Source of the DNA: the human T2T-CHM13v2.0 reference genome, Homo sapiens
Direction of reading: 5' to 3'
Assembly: GCA_009914755.4 (NCBI GenBank)
Contig: CP086569.2
Location: forward strand, 29,248,001 to 29,312,000
Length of the DNA: 64,000 bases
The translations under genes were made by a program, and so were the position numbers. This document shows positions 14,201 to 28,414 of the stretch, in pieces. Numbering within the stretch: the stretch's first letter is position 1; every line of letters starts with the position of its first letter. A model generated the notes under the pieces. It was given only the letters and a program-made list of their open reading frames with translations. It did no database searches and had not been told where the DNA came from.

Positions 14201-17200
14201 TAATGAAACGGAAAGGAAAGGAATGGAATGGAATGGAATGGGCTGGAATGGAAAGGAATCGAAACGAATGGAATGGAATCGAACTGAAGAGACTGGAATG
14301 GAATGCACTGGAATGGAAGGGAGTGTAATGGAAGGTTCTCGACAAAAATGGAATCGAATGGAATGGAATTGAATGGAACGGAATAGAGTCGAATGGAATT
14401 GAATGGAATGGAATGGACTAGAGTGAAATGGAATCGAACCACAAGGAATGGACAGGAATAGAATGGTCTCGAATTGAATGGAATCGTATGGAATGGCATC
14501 AAACGGAATGGAATGGACAGCCACGGAATGGAATGCACTCGAATGCAATGGAGTCGAAACTAATGGACTGGAATAGAATGGACTCGACTGGTACGGACTC
14601 CAATGGAATGGAATCGAATGGAAGGGAATAGAACGGAATGGAGTCGAAGGGAAAAGACTGCAATGGAAAGGTCTCGAATGGAATGGAAATTAATGGAATG
14701 GAATGGAATCGAATGAAATGGAGTCCAAAGGAATGGAATCGAATGGCAAGAAATCGAATGTAATGGAATCGCAAGGAATTGATGTGAACGGAACGGAATG
14801 GAATGGAATCCAAAGGAATGGAATAGAATGGAATGGAATCGAATGGAAAGGACTCGAATGGAAATCACTCGAATAGAATGCAATTTAATAAAATAGGATC
14901 AAATGTAATGGAATGGAATGGAAAGGAATCGAAACGAAAGGAATGGAGACAGATGGAATGGAATGGAACAGAGAGCAATGGTATAGAATGGAATGGAATC
15001 ATCTGGAATGGAACTGAATGGAATGGAATAATATGAAATGGAATGGAATGGAATGGAATGGAATGCCCTTGAATTAAATGGACTGGAATGGAATGGACTC
15101 GAACAGAGTGGAAAGGAAAGTGTTGAGATAGAATGGAATGGACTCCTTTGGAATGGTCTAGTATGCAATGCAATCGACTGGCAGGTAATCAAAAGGAATG
15201 TAATCGAATGGATTGGACTGGAATGCAATGGACTCGAATAGATTGGAAACGGAATGCAAAGGAATGGAATGGAATAGTATGGAATGGAATGGAAAGGAAT
15301 GGAGTGGAATAGACTAGAGTGGAATGGAATGGACTGGAAAGCAATGGACTGAAATGGAACTTTCTTGAATGGACTGGAATCAAACGGAATGGAATGCAAT
15401 GCAATCAAATGGCATGGAATAAAATAGAATGAAAGAGAATCAAATGGAATTGAATCGAATGGAATCGAATGGATTGGAAAGGAATAGAATGGAATGGAAT
15501 GGAATTGACTCAAATGGAATGGACTAGAATGGAATGGATTCGAATGGAAGGCAAAGGAATGGAATCTATTGGAATGGACTGTAATGGAATGGAATGGAAG
15601 GGATTGGAATGGACTCGAATGGAATGGACTGCAATAGAAAGGATTCGAATGGAATGAAAAAGAATTGAATGGAATAGAACAGAATGGAATGAAATCGAAT
15701 GAAATGGAATGGAATAGAAAGGAATGGAATGAAATGGAATGGAAAGGATTCGAATGGAATGCAATCGAATGGAATGGAATCGAACGGAATGGAATAAAAT
15801 GGAAGAAAACTGGCAAGAAATGGAATCGAAATGAATGGAGTGTTATGGAACGGACTCAAAAGGAATTGAATGTAATAGAATGGAGTGGAGTGGACTCGAA
15901 TATAATGGACTGCAATGGAATGAAATCACATAGAATGGGAACGAATGGAATGGAATGGAAAGGAATGGAATCGAATGGAAAGGAATCGAATGGAAGGGAA
16001 TGAAATTGAATCAACAGGAATGGAAGGGAATAGAATAGACGGTAATGGAATGGACTCGAATAGAATGGACACGAATGCTCAAATTGAATGGACTCGAATG
16101 GAATGGAAACGAAAGGAATGTCATCGAATGGAATTGAATCGATTGGAATGAAATCACAAGAATGGAGTGGAATCAAATGGAATTGAATCGAAAGGAAAGG
16201 AAGCGAATGGACTGAAATGAAATGGAATGGAATTGAATGGAAAGTAATGCAATGGAATAGAATGGAACGAAATTTCACGGAATGGAATCAAACTGAATGG
16301 AATCAAATCAATGGAATCTAATCAAATGGAATGGAAAGGAATTGAATGGAGTAGATTGGATTGGATGGGATTGGAATGAAATGTACTGGAAAGGACTCGA
16401 ATTTCATGAAACGGAATGGAATGAATTGGAACGGAATGGACTCGAATGGAATGGAATGTCATGGAATGGCATCAAATGGAATGGCATCAAATGGAATGGA
16501 ATCGAATGCAATGGAATGCTATGGAAAGGAATGGAATGCATTGGAATGGAATGTCCTCTAATGGAATGGATTCGAGTGGAATGGAATCGAATATAATGGA
16601 GTCGAATGAAATGGAATTGAAAGGAATGGGATCGAATACAATGGAATATACTGGAATGTAATGTAATGAACTCGAATGTAATTGACTGGAATGGAATGTA
16701 CATGAATGGAATGTAATCGAATGGAAAGTAATCCAATGGAATAGAATCTAATGCAATAAAATCGACTCAGATAGAGTAGAATGTAATGGAATGGAGTGCA
16801 GTGCAATGGAATGGAATGGAATGGAATGCAATGGAATGGAATGAAATGGAATGGAATGGAATGGAATGGGATGGAATGGATAGTAATGGACTGGAGTGAA
16901 ATGGACTGGAAAGGAATGGACTCAAATTGAAAGGGCTCAAAAGGAATGGAGTCAAATGGAATGGTCTGGAATGGAATGAACACGAATGTAATGCAATCCA
17001 ATAGAATGGAATCGAATGGCATGGAATATAAAGAAATGGAATCGAAGAGAATGGAAACAAATGGAATGGAATTGAATGGAATGGAATTGAATGGAATGGG
17101 AACGAATGGAGTGAAATTGTATGCAGTAGAAGGGAATAGAATGGAATGCAAGCGAAAGGAAAGGAATGGATTGGAATGGAATGGAATTCATTGGAATGGA

Positions 17201-17748
17201 AGGGAATGTAGTGTAATGGACAGGCCTGGAATAAAGTGGAATGCTACGGTCTCGAATGGAATAAAAATATATGGAATGGAATGCAATGAAACGGAATCGA
17301 ATGTGATAGAATGTAATGGAATGCAAAAAAATGGAATCCAAAATCATTGACTGGAAAGGCTGGGTGTCGAAAGGAATTGACTCCAATGGAATGGAATCGA
17401 ATGGAATGGAAGTGAATAGAATCGAACTAAATCGAATGGAATGGAATTGATAGGAACGGAATGGAAAGGAATGCAATGATTTGGCATGGAATGGAATCGA
17501 ATGGCATCGAATGGAATGGAATGGAATGCAATGGAATGGAATGTATTAGAATGTAATGAACTTTAATGGAATGTACTCGAATGGATTCGACTGGAATGGA
17601 ATGTTCTGGAAGTGAATGGACTCCAATGGAATGGATTCAAAAGGAATGGAATCGTACGGAATGGAATCTAATGGAATGGAATTAAATGGAAATGAATCAA
17701 ATTGAATAGCACGGAATTGAATTGAATGGAATGGAATGCAATGGAATC
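14201..17748 (+). repeat. HOR copy 5 (3548 bp)
   Basis: Landmark at 14201 and 17749. Confidence 0.85.
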
Positions 17749-20700
17749 TAATGAAACGGAAAGGAAAGGAATGGAATGGAATGGAATGGGCTGGAATGGA
17801 AAGGAATCGAAACGATTGGAATGGAATCGAACTGAAGAGACTGGAATGGAATGCACTGGAATGGAAGGGAATGTAATGGAAGGTTCTCGAAAAAAATGGA
17901 ATCGAATGGAATGGAATTGAATGGAACGGAATAGAGTCGAATGGAATTGAATGGAATGGAATGGACTAGAGTGAAATGGAATCGAACCAAAAGGAATGGA
18001 CAGGAATAGAATGGTCTCGAATTGAATGGAATCGTATGGAATGGCATCAAACGGAATGGAATGGACAGCCACGGAATGGAATGCACTCGAATGCAATGGA
18101 GTCGAAACTAATGGACTGGAATAGAATGGACTCGACTGGTACGGACTCCAATGGAATGGAATCGAATGGAAGGGAATCGAACGCAATGGACTCGAAGGGA
18201 AAAGACTGCAATGGAAAGGTCTCGAATGGAATGGAAATTAATGGAATGGAATGGAATCGAATGAAATGGAGTCAAAAGGAATGGAATCGAATGGCAAGAA
18301 ATCGAATGTAATGGAATCGCAAGGAATTGATGTGAACGGAACGGAATGGAATGGAATCCAAAGAAATGGAATAGAATGGAATGGAATCGAATGGAAAGAA
18401 CTCGAATGGAAATCACTCGAATAGAATGCAATTTAATAAAATAGGATCAAATGTAATGGAATGGAATGGAAAGGAATCGAAACGAAAGGAATGGAGACAG
18501 ATGGAATGGAATGGAACAGAGAGCAATGGTATAGAATGGAATGGAATCATCTGGAATGGAATTGAATGGAATGGAATAATATGAAATAGAAAGGAATGGA
18601 ATGGAATGGAATGCCCTTGAATTAAATGGACTGGAATGGAATGGACTCGAACAGAGTGGAATGGAAAGTGTTGAGATAGAATGGAATGGACTCCTTTGGA
18701 ATGGTCTAGTATGCAATGCAATCGACTGGCAGGGAATCAAAAGGAATGTAATGGAATGGATTGGACTGGAATGCAATGGACTCGAATAGATTGGAAACGT
18801 AATGCCAAGGAATGGAATGGAATAGTATGGAATGGAATGGAAAGGAATGGAGTGGAATAGACTAGAGTGGAATGGAATGGACTGGAAAGCAATGGACTGG
18901 AATGGAACTTTCTTGAATGGACTGGAATCAAACGGAATGGAATGCAATGCAATCAAATGGCATGGAATAAAATAGAATGAAAGAGAATCAAATGGAATTG
19001 AATCGAATGGAATCGAATGGATTGGAAAGGAATAGAATGGAATGGAATGGAATTGACTCAAATGGAATGGACTAGAATGGAATGGATTCGAATGGAAGGC
19101 AAAGGAATGGAATCTATTGGAATGGACTGTAATGGAATGGAATGGAAGGGATTGGAATGGACTCGAATGGAATGGACTGCAATAGAAAGGATTCGAATGG
19201 AATGAAAAAGAATTGAATGGAATAGAACAGAATGGAATCAAATCGAATGAAATGGAATGGAATAGAAAGGAATGGAATGAAATGGAATGGAAAGGATTTG
19301 AATGGAATGCAATCGAATGAAATGGAATCGAACGGAATGGAATAAAATGGAAGAAAACTGGCAAGAAATGGAATCGAAATGAATGGAGTGTTATGGAACG
19401 GACTCAAAAGGAATTGAATGTAATAGAATGGAGTGGAGTGGACTCGAATATAATGGACTGGAATGGAATGAAATCACATGGAATGGGAACGAATGGAATG
19501 GAATGGAAAGGAATGGAATCGAATGGAAAGGAATCGAATGGAAGGGAATGAAATTGAATCAACAGGAATGGAAGGGAATAGAATAGACGGTAATGGAATG
19601 GACACGAATGCTCAAATTGAATGGACTCGAATGGAATGGAAACGAAAGGAATGTCATCGAATGGAATTGAATCGATTGGAATAAAATCGCATAGAATGGA
19701 GTGGAATCAAATGGAATTGAATCGAAAGGAAAGGAAGCGAATGGACTGAAATGAAATGGAATGGAATTGAATGGAAAGTAATGCAATGGAATAGAATGGA
19801 ACGAAATTTCACGGAATGGAATCAAACTGAATGGAATCAAATCAATGGAATCAAATCAAATGGAATGGAAAGGAATTGAATGGAGTAGATTGGATTGGAT
19901 GGGATTGGAATGAAATGTACTGGAAAGGACTCGAATTTCATGAAACGGAATGGAATGAATTGGAACGGAATGGACTCGAATGGAATGGAATGTCATGGAA
20001 TGGCATCAAATGGAATGGCATCAAATGGAATGGAATCGAATGCAATGGAATGCTATGGAATGGAATGGAATGCATTGGAATGGAATGTCCTCTAATGGAA
20101 TGGATTCGAGTGGAATGGAATCGAATATAATGGAGTCGAATGAAATGGAATTGAAAGGAATGGGACCGAATACAATGGAATACACTGGAATGTAATGTAA
20201 TGAACTCGAATGTAATTGACTGGAATGGAATGTACATGAATGGAATGTAATCGAATGGAAAGTAATTCAATGGAATAGAATTTAATGCAATAAAATCGAC
20301 TCAGATAGAGTAGAATGTAATGGAATGGAGTGCAGTGCAATGGAATGGAATGGAATGGAATGCAATGGAATGGAATGCAATGGAATGGAATGGGATGGAA
20401 TGGGATGGAATGGATAGTAATGGACTGGAGTGAAATGGACTGGAAAGGAATGGACTCAAATTGAAAGGGCTCGAAAGGAATGGAGACAAATGGAATGGTC
20501 TGGAATGGAATGAACACGAATGTAATGCAATCCAATAGAATGGAATCGAATGGCATGGAATATAAAGAAATGGAATCGAAGAGAATGGAAACAAATGGAA
20601 TGGAATTGAATGGAATGGAATTGAATGGAATGGGAACGAATGGAGTGAAATTGTATGCAGTAGAGGAGAATAGAATGGAATGCAAGCGAAAGGAAAGGAA

Positions 20701-21282
20701 TGGATTGGAATGGAATGGAATTCATTGGAATGGAAGGGAATGTAGTGTAATGGACAGGCCTGGAATAAAGTGGAATGCTACGGTCTCGAATGGAATAAAA
20801 ATGTATGGAATGGAATGCAATGAAACAGAATCGAATGTCATAGAATGTAATGGAATGCAAAAAAATGGAATCCGAAATCATTGACTGGAAAGGCTGGGTG
20901 TCGAAAGGAATTGACTCCAATGGAATGGAATCGAATGGAATGGAAGTGAATAGAATCGAACTAAATCGAATGGAATGGAATTGATAGGAACGGAATGGAA
21001 AGGAATGCAATGATTTGGCATGGAATGGAATCGAATGGCATCGAATGGAATGGAATGGAATGCAATGGAATGGAATGTATTAGAATGTAATGAACTTTAA
21101 TGGAATGTACTCGAATGGATTCGACTGGAATGGAATGTTCTGGAAGTGAATGGACTCCAATGGAATGGATTCAAAAGGAATGGAATCGTACGGAATGGAA
21201 TCTAATGGAATGGAATTCAATGGAAATGAATCAAATTGAATAGCACGGAATTGAATTGAATGGAATGGAATGCAATGGAATC
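17749..21282 (+). repeat. HOR copy 6 (3534 bp)
   Basis: Landmark at 17749 and 21283. Confidence 0.85.
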
Positions 21283-24200
21283 TAATGAAACGGAAAGGAA
21301 AGGAATGCAATGGAATGGCATGGGCTGGAATGGAAAGGAATCGAAACGAATGGAATGGAATCGAACTGAAGAGACTGGAATGGAATGCACTGGAATGGAA
21401 GGGAGTGTAATGGAAGGTTCTCGAAAAAAATGGAATCGAATGGAATGGAATTGAATGGAACGGAATAGAGTCGAATGGAATTGAATGGAATGGAATGGAC
21501 TAGAGTGAAATGGAATCGAACCACAAGGAATGGACAGGAATAGAATGGTCTCGAATTGAATGGAATCGTATGGAATGGCATCAAACGGAATGGAATGGAC
21601 AGCCACGGAATGGAATGCACTCGAATGCAATGGAGTCGAAACTAATGGACTGGAATAGAATGGACTCGACTGGTACGGACTCCAATGGAATGGAATCGAA
21701 TGGAAGGGAATCGAACGGAATGGACTCGAAGGGAAAAGACTGCAATGGAAAGGTCTCGAATGGAATGGAAATTAATGGAATGGAATGGAATCGAATGAAA
21801 TGGAGTCAAAAGGAATGGAATCGAATGGCAAGAAATCGAATGTAATGGAATCGCAAGGAATTGATGTGAACGGAACGGAATGGAATGGAATCCAAAGGAA
21901 TGGAATAGAATGGAATGGAATCGAATGGAAACGACTCGAATGGAAATCACTCGAATAGAATGCAATTTAATAAAATAGGATGAAATGGAATGGAATGGAA
22001 TGGAAAGGAATCGAAACGAAAGGAATGGAGACAGATGGAATGGAATGGAACAGAGAGCAATGGTATAGAATGGAATGGAATCATCTGGAATGGAATTGAA
22101 TGGAATGGAATAATATGAAATGGAATGGAATGGAATGCCCTTGAATTAAATGGACTGGACTCGAACAGAGTGGAATGGAAAGTGTTGAGATAGAATGGAA
22201 TGGACTCCTTTGGAATGGTCTAGTATGCAATGCAATCGACTGGCAGGGAATCAAAAGGAATGTAATGGAATGGATTGGACTGGAATGCAATGGACTCGAA
22301 TAGATTGGAAACGGAATGCCAAGGAATGGAATGGAATAGTATGGAATGGAATGGAAAGGAATGGAGTGGAATAGACTAGAGTGGAATGGAATGGAATGGA
22401 AAGCAATGGACTGGAATGGAACTTTCTTGAATGGACTGGAATCAAACGGAATGGAATGCAATGCAATCAAATGGCATGGAATAAAATAGAATGAAAGAGA
22501 ATCAAACGGAATTGAATCGAATGGAATCGAATGGATTGGAAAGGAATAGAATGGAATGGAATGGAATTGACTCAAATGGAATGGACTAGAATGGAATGGA
22601 TTCGAATGGAAGGCAAAGGAATGGAATCTATTGGAATGGACTGTAATGGAATGGAATGGAAGGGATTGGAATGGACTCGAATGGAATGGACTGCAATAGA
22701 AAGGATTCGAATGGAATGAAAAAGAATTGAATGGAATAGAACAGAATGGAATCAAATCGAATGAAATGGAATGGAATAGAAAGGAATGGAATGAAATGGA
22801 ATGGAAAGGATTCGAATGGAATGCAATCGAATGGAATGGAATCGAACGGAATGGAATAAAATGGAAGAAAACTGGCAAGAAATGGAATCGAAATGAATGG
22901 AGTGTTATGGAACGGACTCAAAAGGAATTGAATGTAATAGAATGGAGTGGAGAGGACTCGAATATAATGGACTGGAATGGAATGAAATCACATGGAATGG
23001 GAACGAATGGAATGGAATGGAAAGGAATGGAATCGAATGGAAAGGAATCGAATGGAAGGGAATGAAATTGAATCAACAGGAATGGAAGGGAATAGAATAG
23101 ACGGTAATGGAATGGACTCGAATAGAATGGACACGAATGCTCAAATTGAATGGACTCGAATGGAATGGAAACGAAAGGAATGTCATCGAATGGAATTGAA
23201 TCGATTGGAATGAAATCGCATAGAATGGAGTGGAATCAAATGGAATTGAATCGAAAGGAAAGGAAGCGAATGGACTGAAATGAAATGGAATGGAATTGAA
23301 TGGAAAGTAATGCAATGGAATAGAAGGGAACGAAATTTCACGGAATGGAATCAAACTGAATGGAATCAAATCAATGGAATCAAATCAAATGGAATGGAAA
23401 GGAATGGAATGGAGTAGATTGGATTGGATGGGATTGGAATGAAATGTACTGGAAAGGACTCGAATTTCATGAAACGGAATGGAATGAATTGGAACGGAAT
23501 GGACTCGAATGGAATGGAATGTCATGGAATGGCATCAAATGGAATGGCATCAAATGGAATGGAATCGAATGCAATGGAATGCTATGGAATGGAATGGAAT
23601 GCATTGGAATGGAATGTCCTCTAATGGAATGGATTCGAGTGGAATGGAATCGAATATAATGGAGTCGAATGAAATGGAATTGAAAGGAATGGGACCGAAT
23701 ACAATGGAATATACTGGAATGTAATGTAATGAACTCGAATGTAATTGACTGGAATGGAATGTACATGAATGGAATGTAATCGAATGGAAAGTAATCCAAT
23801 GGAATAGAATCTAATGCAATAAAATCGACTCAGATAGAGTAGAATGTAATGGAATGGAGTGCAGTGCAATGGAATGGAATGGAATGGAATGCAATGGAAT
23901 GGAATGGAATGGAATGGAATGGAATGGAATGGAATGGGATGGAATGGTATGGAATGGATAGTAATGGACTGGAGTGAAATGGACTGGAAAGGAATGGACT
24001 AAAATTGAAAGGGCTCGAAAGGAATGGAGACAAATGGAATGGTCTGGAATGGAATGAACACGAATGTAATGCAATCCAATAGAATGGAGTCGAATGGCAT
24101 GGAATATAAAGAAATGGAATCGAAGAGAATGGAAACAAATGGAATGGAATTGAATGGAATGGAATTGAATGGAATGGGAACGAATGGAGTGAAATTGTAT

Positions 24201-24826
24201 GCAGTAGAAGAGAATAGAATGGAATGCAAGCGAAAGGAAAGGAATGGATTGGAATGGAATGGAATTCATTGGAATGGAAGGGAATGTAGTGTAATGGACA
24301 GACCTGGAATAAAGTGGAATGCTACGGTCTCGAATGGAATAAAAATGTATGGAATGGAATGCAATGAAACGGAATCGAATGTCATAGAATGTAATGGAAT
24401 GCAAAAAAATGGAATCCAAAATCATTGACTGGAAAGGCTGGGTGTCGAAAGGAATTGACTCCAATGGAATGGAATCGAATGGAATGGAAGTGAATAGAAT
24501 CGAACTAAATCGAATGGAATGGAATTGATAGGAACGGAATGGAAAGGAATGCAATGATTTGGCATGGAATGGAATCGAATGGCATCGAATGGAATGGAAT
24601 GGAATGCAATGGAATGGAATATATTAGAATGTAATGAACTTTAATGGAATGTACTCGAATGGATTCGACTGGAATGGAATGTTCTGGAAGTGAATGGACT
24701 CCAATGGAATGGATTCAAAAGGAATGGAATCGTACGGAATGGAATCTAATGGAATGGAATTCAATGGAAATGAATCAAATTGAATAGCACGGAATTGAAT
24801 TGAATGGAATGGAATGCAATGGAATC
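21283..24826 (+). repeat. HOR copy 7 (3544 bp); the HaeIII/StuI site is mutated (AGACCT) near 24295-24312
   Basis: Landmark at 21283 and 24827. 'gtaatggacagacctggaataaag' replaces the canonical 'gtaatggacaggcctggaataaag'. Confidence 0.85.
23871..23940 (+). repeat. Long near-perfect (GGAAT)n microsatellite-like tract inside the HOR (4 units, then GCAAT, then 8 perfect units); an example of the length-variable tract found at HOR offset ~2.6 kb
   Basis: Direct reading gives 'ggaatggaatggaatggaatgcaatggaatggaatggaatggaatggaatggaatggaatggaatggg'. The equivalent tract is shorter or longer in other copies. Confidence 0.8.
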
Positions 24827-27800
24827 TAATGAAACGGAAAGGAAAGGAATGGAATGGAATGGAATGGGCTGGAATGGAAAGGAATCGAAACGAATGGAAT
24901 GGAATCGAACTGAAGAGACTGGAATGGAATGCACTGGAATGGAAGGGAGTGTAATGGAAGGTTCTCGAAAAAAATGGAATCGAATGGAATGGAATTGAAT
25001 GGAACGGAATAGAGTCGAATGGAATTGAATGGAATGGAATGGACTAGAGTGAAATGGAATCGAACCACAAGGAATGGACAGGAATAGAATGGTCTCGAAT
25101 TGAATGGAATCGTATGGAATGGCATCAAACGGAATGGAATGGACAGCCACGGAATGGAATGCACTCGAATGCAATGGAGTCGAAACTAATGGACTGGAAT
25201 AGAATGGACTCGACTGGTACGGACTCCAATGGAATGGAATCGAATGGAAGGGAATCGAACGGAATGGACTCGAAGGGAAAAGACTGCAATGGAAAGGTCT
25301 CGAATGGAATGGAAATTAATGGAATGGAATGGAATCGAATGAAATGGAGTCAAAAGGAATGGAATCGAATGGCAAGAAATCGAATGTAATGGAATCGCAA
25401 GGAATTGATGTGAACGGAACGGAATGGAATGGAATCCAAAGGAATGGAATAGAATGGAATGGAATCGAATGGAAAGGACTCGAATGGAAATCACTCGAAT
25501 AGAATGCAATTTAATACAATAGGATCAAATGTAATGGAATGGAATGGAAAGGAATCGAAACGAAAGGAATGGAGACAGATGGAATGGAATGGAACAGAGA
25601 GCAATGGTATAGAATGGAATGGAATCATCTGGAATGGAATTGAATGGAATGGAATAATATGAAATGGAATGGAATGGAATGGAATGGAATGCCCTTGAAT
25701 TAAATGGACTGGAATGGAATGGACTCGAACAGAGTGGAATGGAAAGTGTTGAGATAGAATGGAATGGACTCCTTTGGAATGGTGTAGTATGCAATGCAAT
25801 CGACTGGCAGGGAATCAAAAGGAATGTAATCGAATGGATTGGACTGGAATGCAATGGACTCGAATAGATTGGAAACGGAATGCAAAGGAATGGAATGGAA
25901 TAGTATGGAATGGAATGGAAAGGAATGGAGTGGAATAGACTAGAGTGGAATGGAATGGACTGTAAAGCAATGGAGTGGAATGGAACTTTCTTGAATGGAC
26001 TGGAATCAAGCGGAATGGAATGCAATGCAATCAAATGGCATGGAATAAAATAGAATGAAAGAGAATCAAATGGAATTGAATCGAATGGAATCGAATGGAT
26101 TGGAAAGGAATAGAATGGAATGGAATGGAATGGAATTGACTCAAATGGAATGGACTAGAATGGAATGGATTCGAATGGAAGGCAAAGGAATGGAATCTAT
26201 TGGAATGGACTGTAATGGAATGGAATGGAAGGGATTGGAATGGACTCGAATGGAATGGACTGCAATAGAAAGGATTCGAATGGAATGAAAAAGAATTGAA
26301 TGGAATAGAACAGAATGGAGTCAAATCGAATGAAATGGAATGGAATAGAAAGGAATGGAATGAAATGGAATGGAAAGGATTCGAATGGAATGCAATCGAA
26401 TGGAATGGAATCGAACGGAATGGAATAAAATGGAAGAAAACTGGCAAGAAATGGAATCGAAATGAATGGAGTGTTATGGAACGGACTCCAAAGGAATTGA
26501 ATGTAATAGAATGGAGTGGAGTGGACTCGAATATAATGGACTGGAATGGAATGAAATCACATGGAATGGGAACGAATGGAATGGAATGGAAAGGAATGGA
26601 ATCGAATGGAAAGGAATCGAATGGAAGGGAATGAAATTGAATCAACAGGAATGGAAGGGAATAGAATAGACGGTAATGGAATGGACTCGAATAGAATGGA
26701 CACGAATGCTCAAATTGAATGGACTCGAATGGAATGGAAACGAAAGGAATGTCATCGAATGGAATTGAATCGATTGGAATGAAATCACAAGAATGGAGTG
26801 GAATCAAATGGAATTGAATCGAAAGGAAAGGAAGCGAATGGACTGAAATGAAATGGAGTGGAATTGAATGGAAAATAATGCAATGGAATAGAATGGAACG
26901 AAATTTCACGGAATGGAATCAAACTGAATGGAATCAAATCAATGGAATCTAATCAAATGGAATGGAAAGGAATTGAATGGAGTAGATTGGATTGGATGGG
27001 ATTGGAATGAAATGTACTGGAAAGGACTCGAATTTCATGAAACGGAATGGAATGAATTGGAACGGAATGGACTCGAATGGAATGGAATGTCATGGAATGG
27101 CATCAAATGGAATGGCATCAAATGGAATGGAATCGAATGCAATGGAATGCTATGGAATGGAATGGAATGCATTGGAATGGAATGTCCTCTAATGGAATGG
27201 ATTCGAGTGGAATGGAATCGAATATAATGGAGTCGAATGAAATGGAATTGAAAGGAATGGGATCGAATACAATGGAATATACTGGAATGTAATGTAATGA
27301 ACTCGAATGTAATTGACTGGAATGGAATGTACATGAATGTAATGTAATCGAATGGAAAGTAATCCAATGGAATAGAATCTAATGCAATAAAATCGACTCA
27401 GATAGAGTAGAATGTAATGGAATGGAGTGCAGTGCAATGGAATGGAATGGAATGGAATGCAATGGAAAGGAATGGAATGCAATGGAATTGAATGGAATGG
27501 AATGGAATGGAATGGAATGGAATGGGATGGAATGGTATGGAATGGATAGTAATGGACTGGAATGAAATGGACTGGAAAAGAATGGACTCAAATTGAAAGG
27601 GCTCGAAAGGAATGGAGTCAAATGGAATGGTCTGGAATGGAATGAACACGAATGTAATGCAATCCAATAGAATGGAATCGAATGGCATGGAATATAAAGA
27701 AATGGAATCGAAGAGAATGGAAACAAATGGAATGGAATTGAATGGAATGGAATTGAATGGAATGGGAACGAATGGAGTGAAATTGTATGCAGTAGAAGAG

Positions 27801-28414
27801 AATAGAATGGAATGCAAGCGAAAGGAAAGGAATGGATTGCAATGGAATGGAATTCATTGGAATGGAAGGGAATGTAGTGTAATGGACAGGCCTGGAATAA
27901 AGTGGAACGCTACGGTCTCGAATGGAATAAAAATGTATGGAATGGAATGCAATGAAACGGAATCGAATGTCATAGAATGTAATGGAATGCAAAAAAATGG
28001 AATCCAAAATCATTGACTGGAAAGGCTGGGTGTCGAAAGGAATTGACTCCAATGGAATGGAATCGAATGGAATGGAAGTGAATAGAATCGAACTAAGTCG
28101 AATGGAATGGAATTGATAGGAACGGAATGGAAAGGAATGCAATGATTTGGCATGCAATGGAATCGAATGGCATCGAATGGAATGGAATGGAATGCAATGG
28201 AATGGAATATATTAGAATGTAATGAACATTAATGGAATGTACTCGAATGGATTCGACTGGAATGGAATGTTCTGGAAGTGAATGGACTCCAATGGAATGG
28301 ATTCGAAAGGAATGGAATCGAACGGAATGGAATCTAATGGAATGGAATTAAATGGAAATGAATCAAATTGAATAGCACGGAATTGAATTGAATGGAATCG
28401 AATGCAATGGAATC
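24827..28414 (+). repeat. HOR copy 8 (3588 bp, the longest; extra GGAAT units near 27421-27540)
   Basis: Landmark at 24827 and 28415. The extra length lies in the internal pentamer tract. Confidence 0.85.
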
